This document shows positions 53,976-64,000 of a stretch of 64,000 nt of DNA, piece after piece. This DNA comes from the human T2T-CHM13v2.0 reference genome, Homo sapiens. Under the pieces are notes generated by a model. The model worked only from the letters and a program-made list of their open reading frames with translations, was not told where the DNA came from and did no database searches. Both the position numbers and the translations under genes were made by a program. Each line of letters begins with the position of its first letter. Within the stretch, counting starts at the first letter, position 1. Location of the stretch: NCBI GenBank assembly GCA_009914755.4, contig CP068257.2, positions 8,192,001 through 8,256,000 of the forward strand, in the 5' to 3' direction.

Positions 53976-56900
53976 ATGCGCTCCAAATATCCACCTGCAG
54001 ATTCTACAAAAAGACCGTTTCCAAAGTGCTCAATCAAAAGAAAAGTTCAACTCTGTGAGTTGAATGAGCACATCACAAAGAAGTTTCTCACAATGCTTCT
54101 ATCTAGTTTTTATGTGAATATATTCCCTTTTCCACCACAGGCCACAAACACTCCAAATATCCACTTGAAGATTCTACAAAAAGAGTGCTTCAAAAATGCT
54201 CAATCAAAAGAAAGGTTCAACTCTTTGAGATGGATGCACACATCACAAAGAAGCTTCTCAGAATGTTCCTGTCTAGTTTTTTTGTGAAGATATTTCCTTT
54301 TCCACCGTAGTCCTCAAGTCTCTCCAAATATCTACTTTCAGCATCTCCAAAAAGAGTGTTTTAAAACTGCTGTACCAAAGAAAGTTTCGTGTCTGAGATA
54401 TGACTGCATACAACACAGAGAAGTTTCTCAAAGTGCTTCTGTTTATTTTTTTTATGAAGATATTTCCTTTTCCACTATGGGCCACAGAGCGCTCCAAATA
54501 TTCACTGGCAGATTCTACAAAAAGAGTGTTTCAAAACTGCTCAATCAATAGAAAGTTTGAAGTCTGTGAGATGAATGCACACATCACAAAGGAGTTTCTA
54601 AGAATGCTTCCATCTGAATTTTATGTGAGGATATTTCCTTTTTCACCATAGGCCTCAATACACTCCAAATATCCATTTACAGATAATACAAATGACTGTA
54701 TCCAAACTGCTCAATCAAAAGAAAGTTCAACTGTGTATGATGAATGCACACATCACAAGGGTGTTTCTCAGAAAGTTTTTGTCTAGCTTTTAGGTGAAGA
54801 TATTTCTTATTTCCCCAGAGGTCTCAATGGGCTCTCAAATATTCCCTTTCATATTCTACTAAATGACTGTATCGAAGCTGCTCAATCAAAAGACGGGTTT
54901 AACAGTGTGAGACGAAAATACACCTTCCTAGGAAGTTTCTCAGAATTCTTCTGTCTAGTTTTTTATGTGAAGATATTTCCTTTTCCACTATAGGCCTCAA
55001 AGCGTTCCAAATATCCACTTGCAGATACTACAAATAGAGCGTTTCAAAACTGCTCAATCAAAAGAAAGGTTCAACTCTGTGAGATGAATGCAGACATCAA
55101 AAAGAAGTTTCTCAGAATGCTTCTGCCTTGTTTTTATGTGAAGATATTTCCTTTTTCACCATAGGCCTCAAAGCACTGGTAATATCCATTTGGAGATACT
55201 ACAAAAAGACTGTTCCCAAACTGCTCAATAAAAAGAAAGTTTCAACTCTATGAGATAAAAGCAAATATCACAAAGAAGTTTCTCAGAAAATTTCTATCTA
55301 GTTTTTATGTGAACATATTTCTTATCACCCCATAGACCTCAATCGGCTCACAAGTATCCTTCTGCAGATTGTAAAAAACTACTGTTTCCAAACCGCTCAA
55401 TCACAGGAAAGGTTTAACTCTGTGAAATGAATGCATCCATCACAGAGAAGTTTCTAAGAATGCTTCCGTCTCGTTTTTATGTGAAGAAGATTCCTTTTCC
55501 ACCATATTCCTCATGCGCTCCAAAGAAACACTTGCAGATTCCGCTAAAAGAGTGTTTCAAAACTGCTCAATCAAAAGAAAGGTTCTAGTCGGTGAGATGA
55601 ATGCACACATCACAAAGACGTTTCTATGAATGCTTCTGTCTGATTTATATTGAAGATATTTCCTTTTTCACCGTAGGCCTCAGAGTGCTTAAAATATCCA
55701 TTTGCAGATACTAGAAAAGACTGTTTCCAAACTGCTCAATCAAAATAAAGTTCAACTCAGTGAGATGAATGCACACATCACCAAGACGTTTCTGAGAAAG
55801 ATTCTGTCTCGTTTTTATGTGAAGATATTTCCTGTTTCCCCAGAGGCATCAATGGGCTCACAAATATTCCTTTGCATATTCTACAAAATGACTGTTTAGA
55901 AGGTGCTCAATCAAAAAAAAAGTTCAACAGTGTGAGATGAATGCGCCCATTCAACGGAAGTTTCTCAGAATTCTTCTATCTAGTTTTTATGTGAAGATAT
56001 TTCCTTTTTCACTATAGGCCACAAAGTGCTCCAAATATCCACTTGCAGACTCTACAAAACGAGTGTATCCACACTGCTCAATCAAAAGAAAATTTCAACT
56101 GTGTGAGATGAATGCACACATCAAAATAAATTTCTCCAAAACTTCTGCCTACTTTTTATGGGAAGATATTTCGTTTTTCAACGTAGGCCAAAAGCACTCC
56201 AAATATCAATTTGCAGATTCTACAAAAAGACTGTTTCCAAACTGCTCAATCAAGAGAAAGTTTCAACCTGGTGAGTAGAAGTCACACATGACAAAATAGT
56301 TTCTCAGAAAGTATCTGTCTAGTTTTTATGTGAAGATATTTCCTATCACCCCAGAAGCCTCAATGGGCTCACAAATATTCCTTTGCAGATTCTACAAAAC
56401 GACAGTTTCAAAACTGCTGAATCAAAAGAAAGGTTCAACTCTGTGAGATGAATGCACAGATCACAAATAAGTTTCTCAAAATGCTGCTGTCTAGTTTTTA
56501 TGGGAAGATATTTCCTTTCCCACCATAGGCCTCAAAGCTCTCCAAATAGCCATTTGCAGATACTGTAAAAAGACTGTTTCCAAACTGCTGTATCAAAAGA
56601 AAGGTTGAACTCCATGAGTTGAATGCACACGTCACAAAGAAGTTTCTCAGAATGCTTCTGACTAGTTTTTATGTGAAGATATTTTCTTTTCCACAGTAGG
56701 CCTCAAAGCGCTGAAAATATCCACTTGAAGATTCTACAAATGAGAGTTTCAAAACTGCTCAAACAAAAGAAAGATTCAACTCTGTGAGATGAATGCACAC
56801 ATCACAAAGAAGTTTCTCAGAATGCTTCTGTCTAGTTTTATGTAAAGATATTTCCTTTTCTACTATAGGCCACAAAGCACTCCAAATATCAACTTGCAGA

Positions 56901-57888
56901 TTCTGCAGAAAGAGTTTTTCAAAGCTGCTCAATCAAAAGAAAAGTTCAACTCTTTGAGATGAATGTACACATCAGGAAGTTCCTCAGAATGCTTCTATTT
57001 TTATGTGAAGATATAGCCTTTTCTACCATAGACCACAAAACGCTCCAAATATCCCCTTGCAGTTTCTACTAAAAGAGTGTTTCCAAACTGCTCAATCAAA
57101 AGAAGTTTCAACTCTGTGAGATGAATGCACTCATCAATAAGAAGTTTTTCAGTAATTTTCTGTCTAGTTTTTATGTGAAGATATTTCCTTTCCTACTATA
57201 GGCCTGAAAGTGCTCCAAATATCCGTTTGCAGATACTGCAAAAAGACTGTTTCCAAACTGCTCAATCAAAGGAAATGTCCAACTCTGTGAGTTGAATGCA
57301 CGCATCTCAAAGAGATTACTCATAATGATTCTGTCTAGTTTTGATGTGAAGATATTTGCTTTTCCACCAGTGGCCTCAAACTCTCCAAATATCCACTTGC
57401 AGATTCTACAATAAGAGTGTTTCAAAACTGCTCAATCAAAAGAAAGGTTCAACACTGTGAGATGAATGCACACGTCACAAAGCACTTTCTTAGAATGCTT
57501 CTGTCTAGCTTTTATTTGAAGATATTTCCTTTTTCACCATAGGCTGCAAAGCGCTCCAAATATCCCTTTCAGATTCTACAGAGAGAGTGTTTCAAAACTG
57601 TTCAATCAAAAGAGAAATTCAACTCTGGTGATGAATGCACGCATCACAGAGCAGTTTCTCATAATGTTTCTGTCTATTTTTTATGTGAAGTTATTTCATT
57701 TTCCACTATAGGCCGTAATGCACTCCTAATATCCACTTGCAGATTCTACAAAAAGACTGTTTGCAAACTGCTCAAACAAAAGAAAAGTTCAACTCTGTGA
57801 GTTGAATGAGCACATCACAAAGAAGTTTCTCAGAATGCTTCTGTCTAGTTTTTATGTGAATATATTTCCTTTTCCACTATAGGCCGTA
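53976..57888. repeat. HOR copy 14, 23-mer, 3913 bp, edge haplotype IV
   Basis: 3913-bp period; shares 'ccacctgcag', 'caaacactcc', 'gagatggatgcac' variants with copies 2, 13 and 16. Confidence 0.85.
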
Positions 57889-57984
57889 ATGTGCTCCAAA
57901 TATCCACCTGCAGATTCTACAAAAAGACTGTTTCCAAAGTGCTCAATCAAAAGAAAAGTTCAACTCTGTGAGATGAATGAGCAC

Positions 57985-58000
57985 ATCACAAAGAAGCTTC
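57985..58000. other. In-register deletion junction removing one ~170-bp monomer (fusion of HOR monomers 1 and 2)
   Basis: Before the junction the sequence follows monomer 1 (…gagcacatcacaaagaag). It then continues as monomer 2 (cttctcagaatgtttctgtctagtttttttgtg…). Compare copy 14 at 54060-54260. Confidence 0.7.
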
Positions 58001-60539
58001 TCAGAATGTTTCTGTCTAGTTTTTTTGTGGAGATATTTCCTTTTCCACCGTAGTCCTCAAGTCTCTCCAAATACCTACTTTCAGAATCTCCAAAAAGAGT
58101 GTTTTAAAACTGCTGTACCAAAGAAAGTTTCATGTCTGAGTTATGACTGCATACAACACAGAGAAGTTTCTCAAAGTGCTTCTGTTTATTTTTTTTATGA
58201 AGATATTTCCTTTTCCACTATTGGCCACAGAGCGCTCCAAATATCCACTGGCAGATTCTACAAAAAGAGTGTTTCAAAACTGCTCAATCAATAGAAAGTT
58301 TGAAGTCTGTGAGATGAATGCACACATCACAAAGGAGTTTCTAAGAATGCTTCCATCTGAATTTTATGTGAGGATATTTCCTTTTTCACCATAGGCCTCA
58401 GTACACTCCAAATATCCATTTACAGATAATACAAATGACTGTATCCAAACTGCTCAATCAAAAGAAAGTTCAACTGTGTATGATGAATGCACAAATCACA
58501 ATGGTGTTTCTCAGAAAGTTTTTGTCTAGTTTTTAGGTGAAGATATTTCTTATTTCCCCAGAGGCCTCAATGGGCTCTCAAATATTCCCTTTCATATTCT
58601 ACTAAATGACTGTATCGAAGCTGCTCAATCAAAAGACGGGTTTAACAGTGTGAGACGAAAATACACCTTCCTAGGATGTTTCTCAGAATTCTTCTTTCTA
58701 GTTTTTTATGTGAAGATATTTCCTTTTCCACTATAGGCCTCAAAGCGTTCCAAATATCCACTTGCAGATACTACAAATAGAGCGTTTCAAAACTGCTCAA
58801 TCAAAAGAAAGGTTCAACTCTGCGAGATGAATGCAGACATCAAAAAGAAGTTTCTCAGAATGCTTCTGCCTTGTTTTTATGTGAAGATATTTCCTTTTTC
58901 AAAATAGGCCTCAAAGCACTGGTAATATCCATTTGCAGATACTACAAAAAGACTGTTCCCAAACTGCTCAATAAAAAGAAAGTTTCAACTCTAGCAGATA
59001 AAAGCAAATATCACAAAGAAGTTTCTCAGAAACTTTCTATCTATTTTTTATGTGAACATATTTCTTATCACCCCATAGACCTCAATCGGCTCACAAGTAT
59101 CCTTCTGTAGATTATGAAAAACTACTGTTTCCAAACCGCTCAATCACAGGAAAGGTTTAACTCTGTGAAATGAATGCATCCATCACAGAGAAGTTTCTCA
59201 GAATGCTTCCGTCTCGTTTTTATGTGAAGAAGATTCCTTTTCCACCATATTCCTCATGCGCTCCAAATAAACACTTGCAGATTCCGCTAAAAGAGTGTTT
59301 CAAAACTGCTCAATCAAAAGAAAGGTTCTAGTCGGTGAGATGAATGTACACATCCCAAAGAAGTTTCTATGAATGCTTCTGTCTGATTTATATTGAAGAT
59401 ATTTCCTTTTTCACCGTAGGCCTCAGAGTGCTTAAAATATCCATTTGCAGATACTAGAAAAGACTGTTTCCAAACTGCTCAATCAAAATAAAGTTCAACT
59501 CAGTGAGATGAATGCACACATCACCAAGACGTTTCTGAGAAAGATTCTGTCTCGTTTTTATGTGAAGATATTTCCTGTTTCCCCAGAGGCATCAATGGGC
59601 TCACAAATATTCCTTTGCATATTCTACAAAATGACTGTTTAGAAGGTGCTCAATCAAAAAAAAAGTTCAACAGTGTGAGATGAATGCGCCCATTCAAAGG
59701 AAGTTTCTCAGAATTCTTCTATCTAGTTTTTATGTGAAGATATTTCCTTTTTCACTATAGGCCACAAAGTGCTCCAAATATCCACTTGCAGACTCTGCAA
59801 AACGAGTGTATCCACACTGCTCAATCAAAAGAAAATTTCAACTGTGTGAGATGAATGCACACATCAAAATAAATTTCTCCAAAACTTCTGCCTACTTTTT
59901 ATGGGAAGATATTTCGTTTTTCAACGTAGGCCAAAAGCACTCCAAATATCAATTTGCAGATTCTACAAAAAGACTGTTTCCAAACTGCTCAATCAAGAGA
60001 AAGTTTCAACCCGGTGAGTAGAAGTCACACATGACAAAATAGTTTCTCAGAAAGTATCTGTCTAGTTTTTATGTGAAGATATTTCCTATCACCCCAGAAG
60101 CCTCAATGGGCTCACAAATATTCCTTTGCAGATTCTACAAAACGACAGTTTCAAAACTGCTGAATCAAGAGAAAGGTTCAACTCTGTGAGATGAATGCGC
60201 AGATCACAAATAAGTTTCTCAGAATGCTGCTGTCTAGTTTTTATGGGAAGATATTTCCTTTTCCACCATAGGCCTCAAAGCTCTCCAAATATCCATCTGC
60301 AGATACTGTAAAAAGACTGTTTCCAAACTGCTGAATCAAAAGAAAGGTTGAACTCCATGAGTTGAATGCACACGTCACAAAGAAGTTTCTCAGAATGCTT
60401 CTGACTAGTTTTTATGTGTAGATATTTTCTTTTCCACCATAGGCCTCAAAGCGCTGAAAATATCCACTTGAAGATTCTACAGAAAGAGAGTTTCAAAACT
60501 GGTCAAACAAAAGAATGATTCAACTCTGTGAGATGAATG

Positions 60540-60555
60540 CACACTTCACAAAGCA
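60540..60555. other. In-register deletion junction removing ~672 bp (4 monomers, including the dimer unit and the following two monomers)
   Basis: '…gatgaatgcacacttcacaaag' joins directly to 'cactttcttagaatgcttctgtctagcttttat', which normally lies 4 monomers downstream (compare 56790-57500). Confidence 0.7.
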
Positions 60556-60959
60556 CTTTCTTAGAATGCTTCTGTCTAGCTTTTATTTGAAGATATTTCC
60601 TTTTTCACCATAGGCTGCAAAGCACTCCAAATATCCCTTTCAGATTCTACAGAGAGAGTGTTTCAAAACTGTTCAATCAAAAGAGAAATTCAACTCTGGT
60701 GATGAATGCACGCATCACAGAGCAGTTTCTCATAATGTTTCTGTCTATTTTTTATGTGAAGTTATTTCATTTTCCACTATAGGCCGTAATGCACTCCTAA
60801 TATCCACTTGCAGATTCTACAAAAAGACTGTTTGCAAACTGCTCAAACAAAAGAAAAGTTCAACTCTGTGAGTTGAATGAGCACATCACAAAGAAGTTTC
60901 TCAGAATGCTTCTGTCTAGTTTTTATGTGAATATATTTCCTTTTCCACTATAGGCCGTA

Positions 60960-61520
60960 ATGCGCTCCAAATATCCACCTGCAGATTCTACAAAAAGACT
61001 GTTTCCAAACTGCTCAATCAAAAGAAAAGTTCAACTCTGTGAGATGAATGAGCACATCACAAAGAAGTTTCTCAGAATGCTTCTATCTAGTTTTTATGTG
61101 AATATATTTCCTTTTCCACCACAGGCCACAAACACTCCAAATATCCACTTGAAGATTCTACAAAAAGAGTGCTTCAAAAATGCTCAATCAAAAGAAAGGT
61201 TCAACTCTTTGAGATGGATGCACACATCACAAAGAAGCTTCTCAGAATGTTTCTGTCTAGTTTTTTTGTGAAGATATTTCCTTTTCCACCGTAGTCCTCA
61301 AGTCTCTCCAAATATCTACTTTCAGAATCTCCAAAAAGAGTGTTTTAAAACTGCTGTACCAAAGAAAGTTTCATGTCTGAGATATGACTGCATACAACAC
61401 AGAGAAGTTTCTCAAAGTGCTTCTGTTTATTTTTTTTATGAAGATATTTCCTTTTCCACTATGGGCCACAGAGCGCTCCAAATATCCACTTGCAGATTCT
61501 ACAAAAAGAGTGTTTCAAAC
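60960..61520. repeat. HOR copy 16 (partial, first ~3.3 monomers) ending at array boundary
   Basis: Matches the first ~560 bp of the HOR unit, then homology to the HOR is lost at ~61515-61525. Confidence 0.8.
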
Positions 61521-64000
61521 CTGCTCAATCAAAAGGAAGATTTTACTCTATGAGATGAATGGACACATCACAGAGAAGTTTCTCAATATGCTTTTGTCTA
61601 GTTTTTATGTTAAGATGTTTCCTTTTCCATTCCATGAAGTAAAGTGATGCAAATATCCATTTGTAGATATTACAAAAAGACTGCTTCCAAACTCCTCGAT
61701 CAAAAGAAAGGTTCAACTCTGTGAGTTGAATGCACACATCACAAAAAATTTTCTCAGAATGCTTCTGTCTAGTTTTTATGTGAAGATATTTCCTTTTCCA
61801 CCATAGGCCTCAAAGCACTCAAAATGTCCGTTTGCAGACACTACAGAAAGACGCTTTCCAAGCAGCTCAATCAAAGGAAATGTTCAGCTCTGTGAATTGA
61901 ATGCACATCACAAAGTAGTTTCCCAGAATGTTTCTTTCCTGTATATATGTGAAGATATTTCCTTTTCCAATATAGGCCTCAAAGCACTCCAAATATCAAC
62001 TTGCAGATTCTGTGAAAAGGGTGTTTCAAACTTCCCAATCACAGGAAATGTTCAACTCTGTGAGATGAATGCACACAACATGAAGAATTTACTCAGAATG
62101 CTTCTGTCTGGTTTTTATTTGAAGATATTTCCTTATCCACTATAGGCCACAAAGCGCTCCATATATCCACTTGCAGATACTACAAAAAGAGTGTTTCCAA
62201 ACTGCTCAATCAAAAGAAAGGTTCAACTCCGTGAGTTGAATGCGCACATAACAAAGAATTTTCTCAGAATGCTTCTGTCTAGTTTTCATGTGAAGATATT
62301 TCCTTTTCCACCACATGCCTCAAAGCGCTCCAAAAATCCACAAGCAGATTCCATAAATAGAGTATTTCAAAACTGCTGAATCAAAAGAAAGTTTCAGCTC
62401 TGTGAGATGAATGCACACTTCACAATGAAGATTCTCAGAATGCTTCTGTCTAGTTTTTATGTGAAGATAATTCCTTTTCCACATTAGGCCTCAAAACTCT
62501 TCAAATATGCCTTGCAGATTCTACAAAAAGAGTGTTTCAAAACTGCTCAATCGAAAGAAAGGTTCAAGTCTGTGAGATGAATGCACATCTCAGAAAGACG
62601 TTTCTCAGAATGCTTCTGTCTAGTTTTTATTTGAAGATTTATCCTTTTCCACAATAGGCTGCAAAGTGCTCCAAATATCCACTTACAGATTCTTCAAAAA
62701 GAGTGTTTCCAGACTGCTCAATCAAAAGAAAGGTTCAACTCTGTTAGTTGAATGCACACATTACAACAAAGTTTATCAGAATGCTTCTGTCTAGTTTTTA
62801 GGTGAATATATTCCCTTTTAAACTGTAGTCTGCAAAGCACTCCAAATATTCACTTGCAGATTCTACAAAAAAAGTGATTCAAAATTGCTCAATCAAAAGA
62901 AGGGTTCAACAGTGTTAGTTGAATGCACACATCACAAAGAAGTTTCTCAGAATGCTTCTGTCTAGTTTTTATGTGAAGATATATCCTTTTCCACCGTAGG
63001 CCCCAAAGCACTCCAAATATCCACTGGTAGAGTCTACAAATGTGCGTTTCAATACTACTCAATCAAAAGAAACGTTCAACTTTGTGAGATGAAAGCACGC
63101 ATCACAAAGTTGTTTCTCAGAATGCTCTGTCTAGTTTTTATGTGAAGATATTTCCTTTTATACCATAGGCCCCAAAGTGTTCCAAATATCCACCTTCAGA
63201 TTCTACAAAAAGTGTGTTTCAAAACTGCTCAACCAAAAGAAAGGTTCAAACCTGTGAGATGAATGCACACATCACAAAGGAGTTTCTCAGAATGCTTCTG
63301 TCTAGTTTTTGTGTGAAGTTATTTCCTTTACCACCATAGGACTGAAAGAGCTCCAAATGTCCACTTGCAGAATCTACAAAAAGAGTGTTTCAAAATTGCT
63401 CAATCAAAATAAAAGTTCAACTCTGTTAGAAGAATGCACACATCACAAAAATTTCACAGAATGCTTCTGTCTATTTTTTATGTGAAGATATTTCCTTTTC
63501 CACTTGAGACTGGAAAGAGCTTCAAATATCCAATTGCAGATTCTGCAAAAGAGTGTTTCAAAACTGCTCAATCAAAGGAAAGGTACAATTCAGTGAACTG
63601 AATGTGCACATCAGAAGGAAGTTTCTTAGAATACCTCTGTGCAGTTATTATGTGAAGATATTTACTTTTCCACCATAGGCCCCAAGGCTCTCCAAATATC
63701 CAATTGCAGATTCAACAAAAAGTGTGTTTCAAAACTGCTCAATCAAAAGAAAGGTTCAACTCTGTGGGAGGAATGCTCACATCACACACAGGTTTCTCAG
63801 AATGCTTCTGTCTTTTTTCTGTGTGAAGATATTTCCTTTTCCACTAGAGGATGCAAAGCGCTCAAAATATCCACTTGCAGATTTTACAAAAGGGTGTTTC
63901 TAAAATGCTAAATCAAAATAGTTTCAAGTCTGTGAGATGAATGCATATATCCCAAAGAAGTTTCTCAGAATGCTTCTGTCTAGTTTTTATGTGAAGATAT
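61521..64000. repeat. Divergent monomeric alpha satellite (~14.5 monomers), same orientation as HOR array
   Basis: Roughly 171-bp units still recognisable as alpha satellite (ctccaaatatccacttgcagattctacaaaaag…aatgcacacatcacaaag…tagtttttatgtgaagatatttcc). Adjacent monomers differ by roughly 15-30%, and no higher-order periodicity is detectable in 2.5 kb. Confidence 0.8.

Larger units (their letters stand above)
57889..60959. repeat. HOR copy 15, truncated to 3071 bp (18 monomers) by a 1-monomer and a 4-monomer in-register deletion
   Basis: Phase-equivalent 'atgtgctcc' at 57889. The G-to-B spacing is 972 bp instead of 1142, and the E-to-next-A spacing is 1154 bp instead of 1828. Confidence 0.8.
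1..61520. repeat. Alpha-satellite higher-order repeat (HOR) array; canonical 23-monomer unit (~3914 bp), variants 25-mer (~4247 bp) and rearranged copies; array continues upstream of window
   Basis: Seen in sequence: about 171-bp periodicity with typical alpha-satellite monomer motifs (…ctccaaatatccacttgcagattctacaaaaagagtgtttcaaaactgctcaatcaaaagaaaggttcaactctgtgagatgaatgcacacatcacaaagaagtttctcagaatgcttctgtctagtttttatgtgaagatatttcc…). The same 23 distinct monomers recur in the same order at offsets of 3914/3915 bp (4247/4248 bp in copies 2-5). Identical spurious ORF 'proteins' recur at those spacings (e.g. starts 53, 3967, 8214, 12461, 16709, 20957, 24871, 28786, 32701, 36616, 44445). Monomer count was checked by counting 'ccaaatat'-type anchors in copy 1, giving 23. 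Confidence 0.92.

Noticed and set aside
1-61520. Regular direct repeats that might superficially suggest a CRISPR array or prokaryotic repeat system
   Set aside because: The repeats are contiguous ~171-bp tandem monomers with no unique spacers. The monomer sequence is unmistakably primate alpha satellite, so this is eukaryotic centromeric DNA, not a CRISPR locus.
1-61520. Assignment to human Y-chromosome DYZ3 on the grounds of complete absence of CENP-B boxes
   Set aside because: The HOR period here is 23 monomers (~3.9 kb), whereas canonical DYZ3 is a ~5.7-6.0 kb 34/36-mer. Without a database comparison I cannot support any specific chromosome or species assignment.
1-64000. CENP-B box search (YTTCGTTGGAARCGGGA / reverse TCCCGYTTCCAACGAAR)
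   Set aside because: No match, and not even the 'ccaacgaa' core on this strand. The nearest thing is 'atttcgtttttcaacgtagg' (e.g. 2244-2263), which lacks the essential CCCG and CGAA spacing. I therefore report the array as B-box-free rather than annotating any B-box.
61521-64000. Possible transposon or non-satellite insertion at the array boundary
   Set aside because: The sequence remains recognisable alpha satellite in the same orientation and monomer phase throughout. No poly-A tail, target-site duplication, or L1/Alu-like sequence is visible.

Overview
The whole 64 kb window is primate (hominoid-type) alpha-satellite DNA, about 37% GC, with roughly 171-bp monomers all in one orientation. 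I see no protein-coding genes, tRNA, rRNA, CRISPR arrays or transposable-element insertions.

Positions 1 to ~61,520 are a homogeneous higher-order-repeat (HOR) array. Its canonical unit is a 23-monomer HOR of ~3,914 bp, and copies are ~98-99.9% identical to one another. I resolve a partial copy at the start, 15 full copies and a partial 16th, using the recurring 'atgcgctccaaatatccac' monomer as an arbitrary phase. At ~61,520 the array ends abruptly, in monomer register, and the remaining ~2.5 kb to the window end is divergent monomeric alpha satellite.

The array is not uniform. Copies 2-5 are 25-mers of ~4,247 bp carrying a tandem duplication of a 333-bp dimer. Copy 13 carries a near-identical ~1.7 kb (10-monomer) internal tandem duplication. 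Copy 15 has in-register deletions of one monomer and of four monomers. Copy 9 is a hybrid of two HOR haplotypes with a breakpoint I can place within ~30 bp. Interior copies 7, 8 and 10 are nearly identical, whereas copies 12-16, next to the array edge, are more divergent.

I find no CENP-B box anywhere in the window, including no 'ccaacgaa' core on this strand. About half of the monomers per HOR carry pJalpha-type motifs (TTCCTTTTYCACCRTAG) in the homologous position.

All ORFs in the supplied track are periodic artefacts of reading through AT-rich satellite and are not genes. What is biologically interesting here is centromere or pericentromere architecture: HOR structural variants, mosaic haplotypes and an HOR-to-monomeric boundary. 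There is no gene system. I cannot assign the HOR to a chromosome or species from sequence alone. The period does not match the canonical human DYZ3 34-mer.
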